Part shown: piece after piece, positions 20,155 through 29,675 of the stretch
How the letters are laid out: each line of letters opens with the position of its first letter
Numbering within the stretch: position 1 is the first letter of the stretch
DNA from: an uncultured Gammaproteobacteria bacterium
GTDB taxonomy: Bacteria > Patescibacteriota > Patescibacteriia > CAZGFX01
DNA length: 64,000 nucleotides
Reading direction: 5' to 3'
NCBI GenBank assembly: GCA_964524845.1
Contig: CAZGFX010000002.1
Location: 227,428-291,427 of the forward strand
The notes under the pieces: model-generated
Told to the model about the DNA's origin: nothing
The model's input: only the letters and a program-made list of their open reading frames with translations
The model's database searches: none
Program-made: the position numbers and the translations under genes

Positions 20155-21288
20155 TTATTCTTTATAATCAACAATCTTACCTCCTTTTATTTGTTTTAAC
20201 TGCAAATTAAGTCCTACAACATCTCCGTTTGAATCAAAATGATATGATCCGAGTACTCCATCATAATTTTTGATTCCATACAAATAATCTTTTACTTTAT
20301 CCGTGTTTGTTCCTACCTTCCCTATCGCCTCAGCAAGTAAATATATTTGATCGTACGCTCCGCCAGCGGCAAAAGGATAGGGTGGTTCTGAGTTATATTT
20401 TGATTTATATACTAACATGAAATCATTTGCTTTTGTATTTTTTGGATCAAAGACAGGTGTGTCAACCATAATTGCTCCCTCGGTTGCAGATCCGGATCCG
20501 GTAAATTCTTCTCCGGATAAAAACGCCCCATAAAGTTGTTGTTTCATACCAGCGTCGCGAATTTGTTTAACAATACGAGCGGCCGTTGGACCTGATTGTG
20601 GATTAAAAACAATTGCATCAGGGTTATTCTCCTTAATTTTTACAAGAAGAGATTTAAAATCCGTCGTTCCTGAAACAAATCTCTCTTGTGCTATAATCGT
20701 ACCACCTAATTCTATATAACGGTTTTTAAAAACATTTTCTATCGCGGTTGTATAATCGGTAAGCTCAGTAATAAGAGCTGTTTTTTTGTATTTTTTAATA
20801 ATTGTCTCAGCAAGAAGCTTTCCACTCTCAGCGTCACTTGGCCATGTACGAAAAACGTAATCTGCCATAGATGTAATTTGAGGACTTGACCCCTGCGCCA
20901 TTACAATAACTTTTTCTTTCTCTGTAATAGGAATGGAAGAGATCACTTCTCCACTACACACAAGCCCAATAATAAATTTTGTTTTATCAATAGACACAAG
21001 TTTTTGGGCAGCTATCGTCGCTTCTTTATTATTGCACTTACTGTCTTCATATATCGGTTCGATTCTTTTTCCATTAATGCCTACGCTCGCATTAATTTCA
21101 TCAATTGCAAGTGTAGTCGCATTCTTTATAGACTCTCCAAAAACAGCTGTTTCTCCTGAAAAAGATGCCATCACACCAATTTTTATCGTGTTTGAATCAC
21201 CGGTTTTTTTATCATTCAACACCGCATACCCGCCACCAATGATAACAAGTGCAATAATTATATAAAGAATTGTCTTATTTGATTTCAT
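20155..21288 (-). CDS. LivJ/LivK-family substrate-binding protein (SBP1)
   Basis: N-terminal TM helix, IKIGV, YEDSKC, YVFRTWPSD, FDSNGD. Confidence 0.9.
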   Translation of the reverse strand: MKSNKTILYIIIALVIIGGGYAVLNDKKTGDSNTIKIGVMASFSGETAVFGESIKNATTLAIDEINASVGINGKRIEPIYEDSKCNNKEATIAAQKLVSIDKTKFIIGLVCSGEVISSIPITEKEKVIVMAQGSSPQITSMADYVFRTWPSDAESGKLLAETIIKKYKKTALITELTDYTTAIENVFKNRYIELGGTIIAQERFVSGTTDFKSLLVKIKENNPDAIVFNPQSGPTAARIVKQIRDAGMKQQLYGAFLSGEEFTGSGSATEGAIMVDTPVFDPKNTKANDFMLVYKSKYNSEPPYPFAAGGAYDQIYLLAEAIGKVGTNTDKVKDYLYGIKNYDGVLGSYHFDSNGDVVGLNLQLKQIKGGKIVDYKE

Positions 21289-21299
21289 ATGTATTATGA

Positions 21300-22433
21300 T
21301 TATTGATTTATGTCTTCTAATTTTTTATTATGTATCCTTCTTAATATAAATTCGCGAACAGCATCTCCGTTTTTATCAATACTAATCATACCACTAGAAC
21401 CTTTATAATTTTGAACTGAGTATAAATAATCCTTGATACAATCTGCTTTATAATTATCTTTGCAGTAAACAATACCATCGTATAACACATTATAAACATC
21501 ATAACCCAGTGTAGCAACCATTGTATCTTTTAAAGAAGTTCCGTATTTTTTCTCATAAGAACTAATTAGGTGTTGTGTCTCTGGGCTTTGTGTATCATAT
21601 TTATACATCGTAACGATCATGCCCTCAGCATCAGGATTGTCTGTAACAACACTCATACTAAAAGTTTCGTTTCCTATTATTTGTTTTTTAATTCCGAACT
21701 CTTTGGTCTGTTTGAGAACAATATTTTGTAACGCTGGAGTTAAAAATACATAAACCAAAGCATCTACGTCTTCGTTCTGTAGTTTTAATAATTGGCTTTT
21801 AACATCCGTGTCGGCTGAATTAACACTTTCTGAAACAATTGTATTTCCTGGGGTTTCCTTAAACTTCTTTTCAAAAACATCTTTCCAAGTAACAGAATAT
21901 TCATTCTTTTCGTAAAGAATACCTAGTTTTTTATATGAAAGTTTTTTAATCATTTCAGCAGAAACATCGGCACGTACTTCAGACGAAGCCGTTATACGAA
22001 ATACGTAATCTCCCGCTGTAGTTAAGTTCGGTGTAGCTGCAATTGGTGTAATTAAAATCACACGATTACTCTCTGCCAAAGGAGCAACAGCAAGAGTAGA
22101 GCTACTACACACTCCTGATATAAGAATTTTCACTTTATCAACATCTATAAGTTTTTGAGCGGCTGAAACAGCTTTTTTCGGATCACACATATCATCTTCG
22201 TATAAAACCTTAATTGTTTTACTTCCTATTTTTTGTTTTTCTTCCTCAGCAAGACGCAAAGAATTAACAGATTCTTCATATGCTCCCGCAAGAGGTCCTG
22301 TAAGAGGCCCAAAATATCCTATCTTTATCACATCAGAATTATTATCAGCTTTCTCATTCTTGAGCATCGCATACCCACCACCAATGATAACAAGCGCGAT
22401 AATTATATAAAGAATTGTCTTATTTGATTTCAT
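21300..22433 (-). CDS. LivJ/LivK-family substrate-binding protein (SBP2)
   Basis: IKIGYFGPLTG, YEDDMCDP, AGDYVFR, IDKNGD. Confidence 0.9.
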   Translation of the reverse strand: MKSNKTILYIIIALVIIGGGYAMLKNEKADNNSDVIKIGYFGPLTGPLAGAYEESVNSLRLAEEEKQKIGSKTIKVLYEDDMCDPKKAVSAAQKLIDVDKVKILISGVCSSSTLAVAPLAESNRVILITPIAATPNLTTAGDYVFRITASSEVRADVSAEMIKKLSYKKLGILYEKNEYSVTWKDVFEKKFKETPGNTIVSESVNSADTDVKSQLLKLQNEDVDALVYVFLTPALQNIVLKQTKEFGIKKQIIGNETFSMSVVTDNPDAEGMIVTMYKYDTQSPETQHLISSYEKKYGTSLKDTMVATLGYDVYNVLYDGIVYCKDNYKADCIKDYLYSVQNYKGSSGMISIDKNGDAVREFILRRIHNKKLEDINQ

Positions 22434-22444
22434 ATGTATTATGA

Positions 22445-23602
22445 TTATTGATTATTTTCGTATTTTATAATCTTTGAATCCTTAACTGTTTGCATCTCGA
22501 AACTATCTGGCGGCGTATCAACAAATCCATTTTGTTTAAAAGTAATTGATGTTAATGACACGCCCTGATAATTATTCGTTTTAGCAATGGCATCGCGAAG
22601 TATATCATTTCCCGCTAAATTTGTTTTCTCCAAAGCATCAGTAATAATTCCGACGGCATCATACGCGGTAATCGTACTCGGGAAAAGTACGTCCATTCCA
22701 TATTTTTGTTTGAATTTTTCATTAAATTCTATAAATCTTGACGAACGAACCGGAGCACTAAAATAAACATTTTCTAATTGTTTTGGGCATTGTGACAAAG
22801 AAACATCATTACCAGCGGCCTCAGTAGCTAACAGTGGTATCATAAGACCCATATCCTTCATTTGTTGTAATAAAGCGCATTCATTTATATCTCCAACCAC
22901 CATAAACAAAGCATCTGGTTTTGATTGTTTTATTTTCAAAAGATGAGTACGAAAATCCGTCACAAGCGGATTACCAAGATCAATATCCTCAACAATATTA
23001 ACTCCATAACTCGGAGCCCTCTCTACAAAAATATCATGTGTAAACTTCCAAAAACCACCATCAAACACACGCATCAAAGCGATGTTTTTCAAGTTCTTTT
23101 TCTTCGCAAAATCGAGAACGACATCAATACCAACTCTACTGTCATACCATGTTCCAAAAAGATATTCGTATGATTTTTGTGCTTCAACATTATCGGTGGT
23201 ATTGTGACCAATCATAGGAATCCGAGCCGCCTCAATCGCTGGAAGTATTGCTTCTGTGGGTTCGTCCCATTGTGCACCGACAATTGCTTTTACTTTATCG
23301 ACACTGATGAGTTTATTTGCAACAAGTCCGGCGTTTTTTAGCTTATCAATTGACAAGTCCTCTCCAATAAACTCAATTCTTTTTCCTTTTATACCTCCGT
23401 TGATATTAATTTCTTCGACTGCCAGTTCCGCGCCCCTTAACTCCTCAAGTCCCATTGATGCGCCGGCACCAGTCAAAGCAAACACTCCTCCTATTTTTAC
23501 TGTACCACTGTTCTGTCTTGATTGAAACAAAACATATCCTACAAAAACAATAATAATGATAATAACTGCGATTTTAAATATTCTATTACTTTTCATAATC
23601 AT
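22445..23602 (-). CDS. LivJ/LivK-family substrate-binding protein (SBP3)
   Basis: VKIGGVFALTG, INGGIKGKRIE, TAYDAV. Confidence 0.9.
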   Translation of the reverse strand: MIMKSNRIFKIAVIIIIIVFVGYVLFQSRQNSGTVKIGGVFALTGAGASMGLEELRGAELAVEEININGGIKGKRIEFIGEDLSIDKLKNAGLVANKLISVDKVKAIVGAQWDEPTEAILPAIEAARIPMIGHNTTDNVEAQKSYEYLFGTWYDSRVGIDVVLDFAKKKNLKNIALMRVFDGGFWKFTHDIFVERAPSYGVNIVEDIDLGNPLVTDFRTHLLKIKQSKPDALFMVVGDINECALLQQMKDMGLMIPLLATEAAGNDVSLSQCPKQLENVYFSAPVRSSRFIEFNEKFKQKYGMDVLFPSTITAYDAVGIITDALEKTNLAGNDILRDAIAKTNNYQGVSLTSITFKQNGFVDTPPDSFEMQTVKDSKIIKYENNQ

Positions 23603-23614
23603 AAATTAAAAAGA

Positions 23615-24751
23615 TTATCCGTCATATCTCATGAACTTTCCATCTTTAACTGTCTTGAAGAAAATTTGCTTAATTGCATCACCATTTTCATCAATATCAA
23701 ATGTACCACTTGCACCCTTAAAACCTTTTGTTTCGTATAAACATTGTTTAACTGCATCAACATCATCTCCCTCAGCCTCAACGCATCCACTCAACAAATA
23801 TGCCGCATCATATGCGTTTGCCGCAACTGTGTCTGGTTCTGTGGAAAAACGCTCAACGTACTTAGAATAAAACCTCTTTACCGCCGGTGATTCGTCGTGA
23901 TTATCGTACGAATATGGATATAGAAGTCCTTCGGCATATTTTCCTGCGTTTTTCACTATTTCAGGACCTTCTGTTCCTAGATTATAAAATTGTGCATCAA
24001 TTCCAAGTTCACGCGCTTGTTTAAGAATAAGGCCGATTTGTTTGTTCCCTGCTATTGTAAAAATACTGGTCGGCTTTTGCGCTTTTAACTTTAATAATTC
24101 AGTTTTAAAATCAGTCGCCTTACTATCAAATTTTTCTATACTACCAATTGTTTTACCACTTGATTCAAAAACAGAACGAAACCTGTTTATATACGGATCA
24201 CTAATGGCTGTATTAATGGCAAGAAAATGAATTACACCTCCTTGCATATGCTTCGCCACGAAACGAGCTGATACAGGTGCCTCTTGTGCAACATTATGAA
24301 TAATTCTGAAAACATAATCTCCTGCTTGTGATATCTCATCTGTTTGAGCACTATGAGAAATCATAATTGTTTTTGATTGCTCTGCAATCGGAGCAACCGC
24401 CAACACTTCTGATGAATTATACGGACCAATAATATAATGGATTTTATCTAAATCAATAAACTTACGAACAGCACTTACAGCAACTTGTGGCTCATACCGA
24501 GTGTCTTCATACAGAAAATTAATTTTGTATTTGTTTTTTGTGTTTGAATTAATTTCTTCTTCCGCAATCGAAATTCCATTTTTTGTAAACTCACCAGCAT
24601 CTGCACGAACCCCGGTAAGAGGAGCAGGAATCCCAATTGTGATTGTCTTAGGATAATCTGGATCATGCCTCAACATAATGACATATCCTGTGACAATAAT
24701 AATCGCAATAATAATTATATATACAGTAATACTAGCCTTTTTTATATTCAT
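23615..24751 (-). CDS. LivJ/LivK-family substrate-binding protein (SBP4)
   Basis: ITIGIPAPLTG, YEDTRYEP, AGDYVFR, IDENGD; start at ATG 24751 or TTG 24769. Confidence 0.9.
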   Translation of the reverse strand: MNIKKASITVYIIIIAIIIVTGYVIMLRHDPDYPKTITIGIPAPLTGVRADAGEFTKNGISIAEEEINSNTKNKYKINFLYEDTRYEPQVAVSAVRKFIDLDKIHYIIGPYNSSEVLAVAPIAEQSKTIMISHSAQTDEISQAGDYVFRIIHNVAQEAPVSARFVAKHMQGGVIHFLAINTAISDPYINRFRSVFESSGKTIGSIEKFDSKATDFKTELLKLKAQKPTSIFTIAGNKQIGLILKQARELGIDAQFYNLGTEGPEIVKNAGKYAEGLLYPYSYDNHDESPAVKRFYSKYVERFSTEPDTVAANAYDAAYLLSGCVEAEGDDVDAVKQCLYETKGFKGASGTFDIDENGDAIKQIFFKTVKDGKFMRYDG

Positions 24752-24870
24752 ATCTTGTTCGTTCAACACTCATATTTTATTACTTTTAAGCCAAAAAGCA
24801 ACTACCAAAAAACCTTGTATAAAACAAGTTTCCACTAATCCTTCTCGTAATTTTCCCTTCTCGTAATTCG

Positions 24871-25174
24871 TTCACCCTGTGAAATAAGATTTGAGCCTTC
24901 TTTTAATAAACATCTTACCATAAAAAGTCTTTAAATACTTTTCTCTTCGTGTGGCATCCTGTTGATTAAGACAAACCTCAAAATAAATAAGTTTTAAAGG
25001 TCTTCTCTCTTTTGTTGATGGTATTAACCCTTTATTATGTCGCTCAAATCTTAACTTCAAATTTTTTGTATACCCAGTATACATCTTATTATCTTTTTTA
25101 CTCTTTAATACATATGTATAAAACATATAATAATTGTTTTATATAAAAAATTTGGAGTTATTTCACAGGGTAAA
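24871..25174. mobile_element. GIY-YIG mini-element bounded by 17-bp terminal inverted repeats
   Basis: TTCACCCTGTGAAATAA (24871-24887) and TTATTTCACAGGGTAAA (25158-25174) enclose a single gene. Confidence 0.75.
24872..25126 (-). CDS. Small GIY-YIG nuclease family protein
   Basis: FYTYVL...MYTGYT...LRFERHN...REKYLK; the last codons and TGA lie inside the inverted repeat. Confidence 0.92.
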   Translation of the reverse strand: MFYTYVLKSKKDNKMYTGYTKNLKLRFERHNKGLIPSTKERRPLKLIYFEVCLNQQDATRREKYLKTFYGKMFIKRRLKSYFTG

Positions 25175-25175
25175 T

Positions 25176-26042
25176 TTATAATTTATATTCTCCTTTAAGT
25201 CCTTGTGGGCGATATATCATAAGAAAAACAAGAAGTGCTCCATATACCACCTGTCGCATCTGTGCCGCTATATCGGTTGGAAATCCAACAAAACGCATAA
25301 TTTCCGGTAACAAAATAAGAAACAAGGCACCAAGAAGCGATCCTTCTAAATTAGCAAGACCGCCTAAAATAATTATCGCTAATATAAAAATAGATTCCGG
25401 AAGCGCGAATGTCGACGGATCAATAAATGTAATATAAGAAGCAAAAAGAGCTCCGGCAATTGCGGCCATACCCGCCGATATCATAAAAATAACAAGTTTA
25501 TACTGCAGTGTGTTATATCCGAAAACTTGTAACGCTTTTTCGTCATCACGAATAGCTTTGAGAGCGCGTCCAAACGATGACTTGGTAACATATCGCGCAC
25601 ATATATATACAATGATCATGAATAACGCACTTAAAACAAGAAACGTCAGATTATCACGAAAAACAAATCCGAATATCTCCGGTCTTCCTATTCCTGGAAT
25701 ACCGAGCGGGCCTCGAGTAAGATCCTGCCAGTTCAATAAAATACTAAACACAATAACATTGAAACCAAACGATGCAAGAGCATAATAATCTGATTCAAAT
25801 TTGCTCATAACGAATCCAATTAGAAAGCTCACCGCCATCGAGAGAATGATACTGAATATAACAGCAACAAAAAAATTAACACCGAGCTCAGTCATCAGAA
25901 TTGCCGATGCATACGCACCAACACCATAAAAAGCCGCGTGCGTTACTGACAAAAGCCCTGTATATCCTACGACCAAATTCAAACTTATACCAAGTATGGC
26001 ATATATTGTGAAAAGTATCGCTAAATGTATTAAATATTCCAT
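25176..26042 (-). CDS. livM: HAAT ABC transporter permease
   Basis: SLNLVVGYTGLLS, GRALKAIRDDE, IILGG, YRPQGL. Confidence 0.92.
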   Translation of the reverse strand: MEYLIHLAILFTIYAILGISLNLVVGYTGLLSVTHAAFYGVGAYASAILMTELGVNFFVAVIFSIILSMAVSFLIGFVMSKFESDYYALASFGFNVIVFSILLNWQDLTRGPLGIPGIGRPEIFGFVFRDNLTFLVLSALFMIIVYICARYVTKSSFGRALKAIRDDEKALQVFGYNTLQYKLVIFMISAGMAAIAGALFASYITFIDPSTFALPESIFILAIIILGGLANLEGSLLGALFLILLPEIMRFVGFPTDIAAQMRQVVYGALLVFLMIYRPQGLKGEYKL

Positions 26043-26343
26043 TTACCCTGTGAAATAAGGTTTTTTTAATTCGTAATTCAAACTTTTTTATTGTACTACA
26101 TTAAAAGAACATTATCATCTTAGATTGACCTTGTCATGTTGAACATTGTCATCCTGAACTGACCCTGTCATCCTGAACTCGTTTCAGGATCTACCTTGAT
26201 ACAATGTTTTCTAGGAAAACTTATAACACATATTATCAAAAGTTACACGGCAGATGCTGAAACGAGTTCAGCATGACATTGTGGCGTAATTCGTAATTAT
26301 TCTTCCCTCTCGTAATTTTCCCTTCTCGTAATTCGTAATTGTA
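26043..26343. mobile_element. Composite ~300-bp repeat element (copy B)
   Basis: Collinear with 18328-18646; REP core at 26132-26278. Confidence 0.75.
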
Positions 26344-27213
26344 TTACTTCTTTTTAAATATTCCCGATGGTCTGAAGAGAAGGAAAACGATAAGCACCCC
26401 AAATGCAATAGCGTCTTTCCACTCGCCGGATATCTTCCAAATACCGAAGTTCTCTATAAATCCGAGAAGCATCGCTCCAGCAAAACCTCCGTATGTATTT
26501 CCAACACCTCCGATAATTGCCGCGATGACACCCTTGAGAAGCAGTGCCATACCCATCGTAGGTTCAAGTCCCGTGTCAAACCCAACAAGTGCACCAGCAA
26601 GTCCGGCAATGGCCGAACCGATAATAAATACAATCGATATTATTTTATTGACATTGATACCAACCACTTTCGAAACCTCCTGATCATCGCTTACAGCACG
26701 AATAGCATATCCGATTTTTGTCTTTTTCAAGAAAATTACAAGTCCTCCCATAATCAACGCCGCGCACACCAACATGATCAATTGTATTTCTGTAATAACA
26801 CCTCCAAAAATAGTATATACTTTATTTTCTGTAAGTGATGTCGAGAGTGTCTGAAATTGACTTGTAAACAAAATCGCTATGATCGCCTGAATTGCCGTAA
26901 AAGCACCGAGAGATGCGACAAGATACACCATGAGAGACGCTTTTCGCGAACGAAGTTGTCTATATATGGACACCTCAAGTCCCCATCCGATCATGGCGGC
27001 AAGAACAACACCAAGAATGACGCTTGGAATGATACCAATCTCCGTATTTTTAATGAAAAACAATGCGGTATAACCACCAACAGCAGCCAGCACCCCGTGT
27101 GCCAGATTAAAAAACTTGGTCGTATTGTACGTCAAATTAAAACCAAGAGCCACGAGCGCATAAATCGCGCCGGCAATAATACTATTGACTGTAAGTTGAA
27201 TGACTATATCCAC
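26344..27213 (-). CDS. livH: HAAT ABC transporter permease
   Basis: YALVALGF, NLAHG, GYAIRAVSDD, AAIIGGVGN, FRPSGIF; likely GTG start at 27213. Confidence 0.92.
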   Translation of the reverse strand: MDIVIQLTVNSIIAGAIYALVALGFNLTYNTTKFFNLAHGVLAAVGGYTALFFIKNTEIGIIPSVILGVVLAAMIGWGLEVSIYRQLRSRKASLMVYLVASLGAFTAIQAIIAILFTSQFQTLSTSLTENKVYTIFGGVITEIQLIMLVCAALIMGGLVIFLKKTKIGYAIRAVSDDQEVSKVVGINVNKIISIVFIIGSAIAGLAGALVGFDTGLEPTMGMALLLKGVIAAIIGGVGNTYGGFAGAMLLGFIENFGIWKISGEWKDAIAFGVLIVFLLFRPSGIFKKK

Positions 27214-27290
27214 ATGGCTTATTATAGCGAAAATACGAAATAAATCAAAAACACCCAATTAATGTTCGAGTGTTTTTTGATTATAATAAT

Positions 27291-28391
27291 TTATTTTACA
27301 GGGATCTGCTTTCCGTTTTTAATTTCATAAACACTTGCACGAGATATTACAATTCCGTCCTTATCAACAGAAAGAGGTCCTAAAACTCCTTCAAAATTCG
27401 TAATTTCTTGAAGTGCTTTTGCTATTTCACCAGTTGACGGATAATGATCTTTTCCGACTTTTTCTGTAGAATAGACAAACAAATTAAATACATCATATGT
27501 ATTCGGTGCACCAGGAGTAACTTCCTTATTAAATTCAGAATTAAATTTATTTCTAAATTCATCTGTTGCATTTGCGGCATCAACATACCAACATCCTTCA
27601 ATTAACTCTTTTTGATTTGAAAAAGAAAAAGCCTCAATAGACGTCAGTGGAGTTGTAATTCCAAGATCTTTTATTTGTTTAGTAATTATTTCCAGTTCTG
27701 GAGAAAAAGCAAGAATATATATAATATCAGGATTTTTCTGTTGTATTCTAGTAATTATCGTTTTAAAATCTTTTTCTCCACTGTTATACCATTCGCTTTG
27801 AACGATAGATATATCAGTATCTTTCAAATGTTCTCTGATTTCGTCATCGATGGCTTTCGCTCCTTGTTGATTCAATGCAATTGTTGCAATCTTTTTTATG
27901 CCTCTTTTTTTAAATTCTTCTACAACAAGTTTTGCTTCTTCTGATGGAGGTGTCCAATGCATAAAATTATATTCTCCTTTTGCTATATTTGCATCAGACG
28001 CAATACCAAAATGCACCACTTTATTCGTCTCAGCAACTGGTGTAACAACATTTCCACTTCCTGAAGTAAATGATATAACAGCGCTTACCTTATCAATATT
28101 TATTAACTTATTAACAGCGCTTGCTGTCATTTTTGGATTAAGTTGATCATCTTCATAAACAACATCATATTTATATTTTGTTGTCTTTTTGTCTTTCATA
28201 GCAAGTGTTAAAGAATTTTTAACACCTTCACCAAGATGTGCCATATCACCGGTCAATGGAAGAATTACTCCTATCTTTATCGTCTCCTGTTTATCGTTTT
28301 GTGATGTCTTGTTTGTTGTAATAGTATATACCGCTCCTACAACAACCAAAACAGCTACCACCCAGACTAGAATTTTGTTTTGTTTCGACAT
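27291..28391 (-). CDS. LivJ/LivK-family substrate-binding protein (SBP5)
   Basis: IKIGVILPLTG, YEDDQLNP, VDKDG. Confidence 0.9.
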   Translation of the reverse strand: MSKQNKILVWVVAVLVVVGAVYTITTNKTSQNDKQETIKIGVILPLTGDMAHLGEGVKNSLTLAMKDKKTTKYKYDVVYEDDQLNPKMTASAVNKLINIDKVSAVISFTSGSGNVVTPVAETNKVVHFGIASDANIAKGEYNFMHWTPPSEEAKLVVEEFKKRGIKKIATIALNQQGAKAIDDEIREHLKDTDISIVQSEWYNSGEKDFKTIITRIQQKNPDIIYILAFSPELEIITKQIKDLGITTPLTSIEAFSFSNQKELIEGCWYVDAANATDEFRNKFNSEFNKEVTPGAPNTYDVFNLFVYSTEKVGKDHYPSTGEIAKALQEITNFEGVLGPLSVDKDGIVISRASVYEIKNGKQIPVK

Positions 28392-28412
28392 ATAAAAGAA
28401 TTATTATCGATT

Positions 28413-29561
28413 TTATTTATAAATTTCCGGTATTCCATTTCGAATAATTTTAACAACATGCCCTCCAATACGATCACCATCCGCACCTATTTCTACAAGA
28501 CCAGAAGCGCCTTTCCAGTCTTTGACAGATCTGAACCATGCAGCAATTTTAGAAGTGTCAGTACCGACCGCCTTAATAGCGTCACGAATCATATATACAG
28601 CGTCATATTCCGTCTGTCCGTAACTCTGATATGGCATCTCTTTTCCAAATTGTTTTTGATATTCATTAATAAAATTTTTAAATATAGAATTAGTAGGATC
28701 GACACCAAATTCAGCTGCAAAAGCTCCTTCAAGAGCACTTTTATTACGTTGAACCATCTCATTTGCACCTGACACAGCGTCAGACACAATAAGAGATGGC
28801 TTCCAACCTAAATCGGCCATTTGTTTAAAAATGCGATCAGCTGCGGCCGGAGTTTGTGGAACAACGAATAATGCATCTGGGTTCTCATTGCGCAACTTAG
28901 TAAGAATAGTCTTAAAATCAGTAACAGTCGAAGGGAATTCTTCTTTTACTACTGTTCCGCCAAGTTCAGAAAATTTATTATTGAAAGCATTGTATATACC
29001 AAGAGCATAGTCGGTTTGTTCCTGAATAAATGCTATCTTCTTCCATTGTTTATTTGTGTATGCTAATTGAGCAAGTGTTGATCCTTGTGTCGCATCACTT
29101 GGATAATTTCGAACAAAATAATCACTTATTCCGGTCAGTGCTGGACTACTTGACCCAGCAGAAATCATAAATACTTTATTTTCCAGAGCAATTGGAACAG
29201 CGGATAGCGATTCACTACTGCAAAATCCCCCAATAATAATTTTTACTTTATCAACAGTAATAAGTTTTGACGCGGCGTTTGCACCATCTTTGCCACTACA
29301 CTTACCGTCTTCTACTATGAGGTTTATTTTCTTTCCGTTAATACCTCCTGATGCATTAATCTCGTTAACTGCCATTTGATATATATTACGAGCCGGTTCA
29401 CCATAAAAAGCCGCGTCTCCTGACAATGGCACTATTACTCCTATCTTTATCGTCTCCTGTTTATCATTTTGTGATGTCTTGTTTGTTATGATTGTGTACA
29501 CAGCACCTACAATCACAATTATCGCCACAATCCATACTAAAACATTATTTCGTTTACTCAT
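28413..29561 (-). CDS. LivJ/LivK-family substrate-binding protein (SBP6)
   Basis: IKIGVIVPLSG, INASGGINGKKI, GGFCSS. Confidence 0.9.
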   Translation of the reverse strand: MSKRNNVLVWIVAIIVIVGAVYTIITNKTSQNDKQETIKIGVIVPLSGDAAFYGEPARNIYQMAVNEINASGGINGKKINLIVEDGKCSGKDGANAASKLITVDKVKIIIGGFCSSESLSAVPIALENKVFMISAGSSSPALTGISDYFVRNYPSDATQGSTLAQLAYTNKQWKKIAFIQEQTDYALGIYNAFNNKFSELGGTVVKEEFPSTVTDFKTILTKLRNENPDALFVVPQTPAAADRIFKQMADLGWKPSLIVSDAVSGANEMVQRNKSALEGAFAAEFGVDPTNSIFKNFINEYQKQFGKEMPYQSYGQTEYDAVYMIRDAIKAVGTDTSKIAAWFRSVKDWKGASGLVEIGADGDRIGGHVVKIIRNGIPEIYK

Positions 29562-29675
29562 AGATTAATTAATTATACCTAAATATTACTCTCTATCTCT
29601 GTCGAAAATCAAGTTTTTATCAACAAAAAAAACGTTAAAAAACCAGGCTTATTACAATTAAAATAAGTTATTAAT

